Positions 46,523 to 49,667 of a DNA stretch of 49,667 nucleotides are shown in pieces. A program made the translations under genes and the position numbers. Source of the DNA: Thraustochytrium aureum. Lineage: Eukaryota. Location: NCBI GenBank assembly GCA_012862495.1, contig BLSG01000338.1:12382-62048 (forward strand), given 5' to 3'. The number at the start of each line of letters is the position of its first letter. The first letter of the stretch is position 1. Below the pieces are notes generated by a model, which was not told the DNA's origin, searched no databases, and was given only the letters and a program-made list of their open reading frames with translations.

Positions 46523-48133
46523 TCAACACGAGACTATCTCAATGATCTTGATCTTTGCTCCAGTGACGGGCTTGATGACGAGGTCGTATTCCGTGTTGGG
46601 CTTGGCCAGGAAACCCTTCAAGCCGACACTGCCATAGCGCTTGCCTGCTTGGTTGTGACTGTCGTCTGCAAAGAAAAAGTGAGGAGTGGACTGCGACGTG
46701 TGGGACGCGTGGCGCCCCTCCATGAGCACCTGTACACCATTCAGGGTCAAGTGCGCATCGCCGATGCCTGCATAGCTCATCAGGTTGGTCACGACAAGAC
46801 GTGGCGCTGCTCCGAATTTGACTCGAAACGTCATGCTCTGCGTACCGTTGCAGATATACCCCGGCTTGCCCGGCCGGTCCTCCATGAGCGTGCACGTCGA
46901 GCCTGCTCCCATTGGGTCGCCATTGAACGCCGACACCAGCGTCAAGGGGTCGCGGCACGTCTCGCGCGCTTCAAAGGCCTCTGGGAAGCGAGGAAGGCCA
47001 AGCGGCGGCACCTCTCCGCCAGGCACGAGGTTGCAGGCGGAATTCGCGAACGAATCAACCACGGCATTTGCAAAGTAAATGTGTCCCATGAAGGATGGAT
47101 GCGCGCCTTTCCAGATCCATACATCGTTGCCAGTTCGCCACTTGAGCTTTGAGAGTTGCAAGCTCGAAACGCCGTACGTCGTGAAAACGCTCTCATAGGC
47201 GAGGTCCGTCACTTCGTATCCGTTCACCGGAAGGTCGATCCCAACAAACGCGGCGTTCGGGGTCTCTTCTTGGACACACCTGACAAGCGATTCCATCGCG
47301 ATTGTCGTCGTCATTATCTTGTCCTGCCCGCTCACCTCATGCGCGTCGTTAACCGCAAAGTCCACCAGAACGAGGACGTGCGTCTGGTCCAGGTCGAGCC
47401 CGGCGAGAGCAGATCGGAGCATGTACCGGAACACGGGCTGGATGGCGGCTGATGTAGTTCCACCGCGTGCTGCATTTTGCAGCTTGATGTTGGGATTGCC
47501 CGTTTCCCTCCGGAGCCACTCTGCGACCCGACTGCTCCACGCGCACTCCGCGAAAGTCTTACTTTCTTCTTTGCAGCCGATTCCCGCCGTCTCGGACCCA
47601 CCATAAACCAGGATGAGAATTGGCTTCTGGTCGAATGCAGCTTTCAAGGTCCGGAAAAGGTTGTTGGACCTTCGCGGTTCCCACGAGCCCGCAAATCCTG
47701 ACACCGTGTCAAACGGAGGTAGTCTTGCAATTTCAGATGCCGCCATTTGGTCCATGTGGATGCGGCGGTTTCCGAGTTTGGACTTGGCGCACCACTTTTC
47801 GAGTCGTCCATCCATTTCAAGCGGAGAAGTGCTCCAAGGTATGTGCCTTGGGGATGGGGGCTGCACGGCATCGCGGCAGTGACAATCCATCGTATTCTTT
47901 TCCGCATCGCCCTGACTGGAGACCTCTGGCGGAGAGACGACAGAGATTCGCCGCTCAACGGAGCAGCTGTCCTTCAAGCGGGCCATGGCCAAGCCGACTG
48001 CTGCAAGTACGAAGATGGAGAAAACCAGGTAAAATAAAAGCAGGCTCTTCCCGCCTCGATGCTTCCGCTCTCCCGCAACCATAGGCTCCTCCTCGTCACC
48101 GCACTCCGTTTCGGCCTCTTTGCGGACCTCCAT
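46523..48133 (-). CDS. Type II membrane SGNH/GDSL-fold protein (putative glycan O-acyl esterase/transferase)
   Basis: TM segment LLLFYLVFSIFVLAAVGLAM. Block I ILVYGGSETAG, block II NAARGGTTS, block III VDFAVND, block V KGAHPSFMGH. Confidence 0.8.
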   Translation of the reverse strand: MEVRKEAETECGDEEEPMVAGERKHRGGKSLLLFYLVFSIFVLAAVGLAMARLKDSCSVERRISVVSPPEVSSQGDAEKNTMDCHCRDAVQPPSPRHIPWSTSPLEMDGRLEKWCAKSKLGNRRIHMDQMAASEIARLPPFDTVSGFAGSWEPRRSNNLFRTLKAAFDQKPILILVYGGSETAGIGCKEESKTFAECAWSSRVAEWLRRETGNPNIKLQNAARGGTTSAAIQPVFRYMLRSALAGLDLDQTHVLVLVDFAVNDAHEVSGQDKIMTTTIAMESLVRCVQEETPNAAFVGIDLPVNGYEVTDLAYESVFTTYGVSSLQLSKLKWRTGNDVWIWKGAHPSFMGHIYFANAVVDSFANSACNLVPGGEVPPLGLPRFPEAFEARETCRDPLTLVSAFNGDPMGAGSTCTLMEDRPGKPGYICNGTQSMTFRVKFGAAPRLVVTNLMSYAGIGDAHLTLNGVQVLMEGRHASHTSQSTPHFFFADDSHNQAGKRYGSVGLKGFLAKPNTEYDLVIKPVTGAKIKIIEIVSC

Positions 48134-48472
48134 GGCGCACGGCGGCCGTGCTCCGCTGTCCCGTGGCGCTCTGCTGCGTCTTCTGCGCTGTCTGGCCTTG
48201 CTGCGTAGTCTTGTCCTGGTTCGCTGGCGTGCTGGACCCTGCCCCACTCGCCTCGCCGTGCGGCAGGTTGGCCCTGATCGATTCGGCTCTGGTCCTGCTG
48301 GGACGCCTCGACCCGAGTCGTGGGACAACTCGATTCTTCACGGACTCGGAGAGATACGTCCCACTCCACCAACTGCGATCGGGCGGATCCTCCAAGGCTC
48401 GGTGGGAAGGTAGGTAAACCCTGCCCCTCCATTTCCAAGGGCGATGTGAGAGTGCGAGAGTGAGTCGTGTGC

Positions 48473-48583
48473 TTCGTTCGCTTGATTCTGAACGAACAAG
48501 AGATTGAAGCGACTGAGCCATCGCAGGCGTATTGAAAATAGAACAGGTCAAGAGTGCAAGAAGCGAACGAACGGCAGAGTCAC
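48473..48583. repeat. Direct repeat copy 2 (partner 45841-45971), upstream of the SGNH gene
   Basis: ttcgttcgcttgattctgaacgaacaagagattgaagcgactgagccatcgcaggcgtattgaaaatagaacaggtcaagagtgcaagaagcgaacgaacggcagagtcac. Confidence 0.92.
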
Positions 48584-48790
48584 GCCCTCCTCGTCCCATC
48601 CTCCCTTCCTCAACTGCTGGCGATCGAGCGAGCTGCAGGGCCACAGCCAACGGGGTGATCAACCAGTGGGGCTTCTCCATGCGAGCGAGAGCGGCAGCAC
48701 CACTTCATCTCGCTTCGCGCCTCGGTGCTCCCGCGCCTCACCAACACGCTCGTGGGCAAAGGCCCGCTCGAGGCTGCCGGGTACACGCAG

Positions 48791-49667
48791 CTATGCCGTG
48801 CACCGAGCGAGTCGGATTGGCAGTGAGCACCACGGAACGAGAACGAATGACGACGACCGTCTCAGGCAGGAAGGACATCGAGTTCGCAGCTGGTTGAGCG
48901 CATTGGTGTCACGTCCGCGTTTGCACGATAGGATAGTTGCGCAACACGTGCTGCAGCGGAGAGCGCCAAGGCGATACCGTCTGAACCTCCGCGTCGGCAA
49001 GCGATCGCAGTAGTGCGAGGGCGCGACCGCGAGCATAAACCGTCCAAGTTGTCCGTAGCTTCCAAGTTTCGTTCTCGTTGGCCTGCGATCATGCGGCGTG
49101 CTCTAGCTAGTATAGTTCGACACGAGTGTTGTGGCCAGCAGAAAGTGTCGGCCGGTCACCAATTTCAACAAAGCTAGCATACGACCCCAACGGCCATGCG
49201 CTGCAAGGCGAGCTGAAACTTGTGGCAACCGCGGCTGCCAGTGGGGTTTGTTCTGCTGCGGCGCACCAAAAGTGGCCTTCTCGTCGTGTATTTTCCTGGC
49301 CGCCGATCGATCCATTCAAGTTCTGCCGGACGATCGTCCGCCGGTACATGCGCGCGGCGGTTCGGATTGAGCCCTTGGCCAACCTGGGAAACTGTATGCG
49401 GGCGGGCAGATGCCAAGATCGTGCGGGCGGCCCAGACGCGCTCCCGGAACGGCGTCCCGAGGGCAGATATCAGACTTTTCTTCTTGGCGTCTCGACAACA
49501 GCGGCTACACGCCGTAGAGCGCCGCTTTCGGATCGACGGTAGGTAACTGGCCCTGCTACCACCAACCTTGCTCACGCGAGTAAGGCGGGTCGGTTTGCGA
49601 TGCTAAGAAGAGCGAAGTACAGCAAACTTGCACTCTGACAAGACCGCACCGGCACTGGCTTTCGCGA
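48791..49667 (-). repeat. Right arm of long imperfect inverted repeat (partner 1-908), 877 bp
   Basis: Its reverse complement aligns to 1-908. The length difference is fully explained by the indels: 908-39-5+11+2=877. Confidence 0.97.

Larger units (their letters stand above)
1..49667. mobile_element. Candidate giant TIR-bounded element carrying an IS630/Tc1-like transposase and host-type cargo (unproven)
   Basis: ~0.9 kb inverted repeats at both window ends plus a DDE transposase-like ORF at 2916-4346. No flanks are visible, so no TSD can be checked, and the cargo looks like normal host genes. Confidence 0.3.

Noticed and set aside
1..49667. CRISPR array, tRNA/rRNA genes, viral or Polinton hallmark genes
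   Set aside because: No repeat-spacer periodicity, cloverleaf, capsid, pPolB, packaging ATPase or integrase motifs seen. The content of the N-gaps cannot be assessed.

Overview
This is GC-rich, intron-poor eukaryotic DNA from a draft assembly with eight N-gaps and frameshifts that mostly sit on homopolymer runs. Gene content and style suggest a stramenopile protist such as a thraustochytrid/labyrinthulomycete (inference). The window is bracketed exactly by a long imperfect inverted repeat, 1-908 versus 48791-49667. By hand alignment the arms are about 96% identical, with about 36 substitutions and 4 indels. About 2 kb inside the left arm is an intact ORF with IS630/Tc1/mariner transposase architecture and unusual DD50E spacing. 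The window is therefore a candidate ~50 kb TIR-bounded cargo-carrying element, although two dispersed repeat copies in opposite orientation around ordinary host genes explain it equally well. Between the arms are a coiled-coil gene, DHCR24 (one clear 91-nt intron), a ~5,000-aa VPS13B-like gene, RNase T2, RpiA, BUD20/ZNF593, a GRAM protein, a BtuF-like/DUF5522/Dph6-like triple fusion, a DUF1769-PH-DUF547 protein, a RING-H2 protein and a TPR protein. The right end holds a candidate surface-glycan cluster: a nucleotidyltransferase-HAD-kinase fusion, a tandem RXYLT1/exostosin-like glycosyltransferase and an SGNH protein. The last two share a duplicated ~110-130 bp upstream element.
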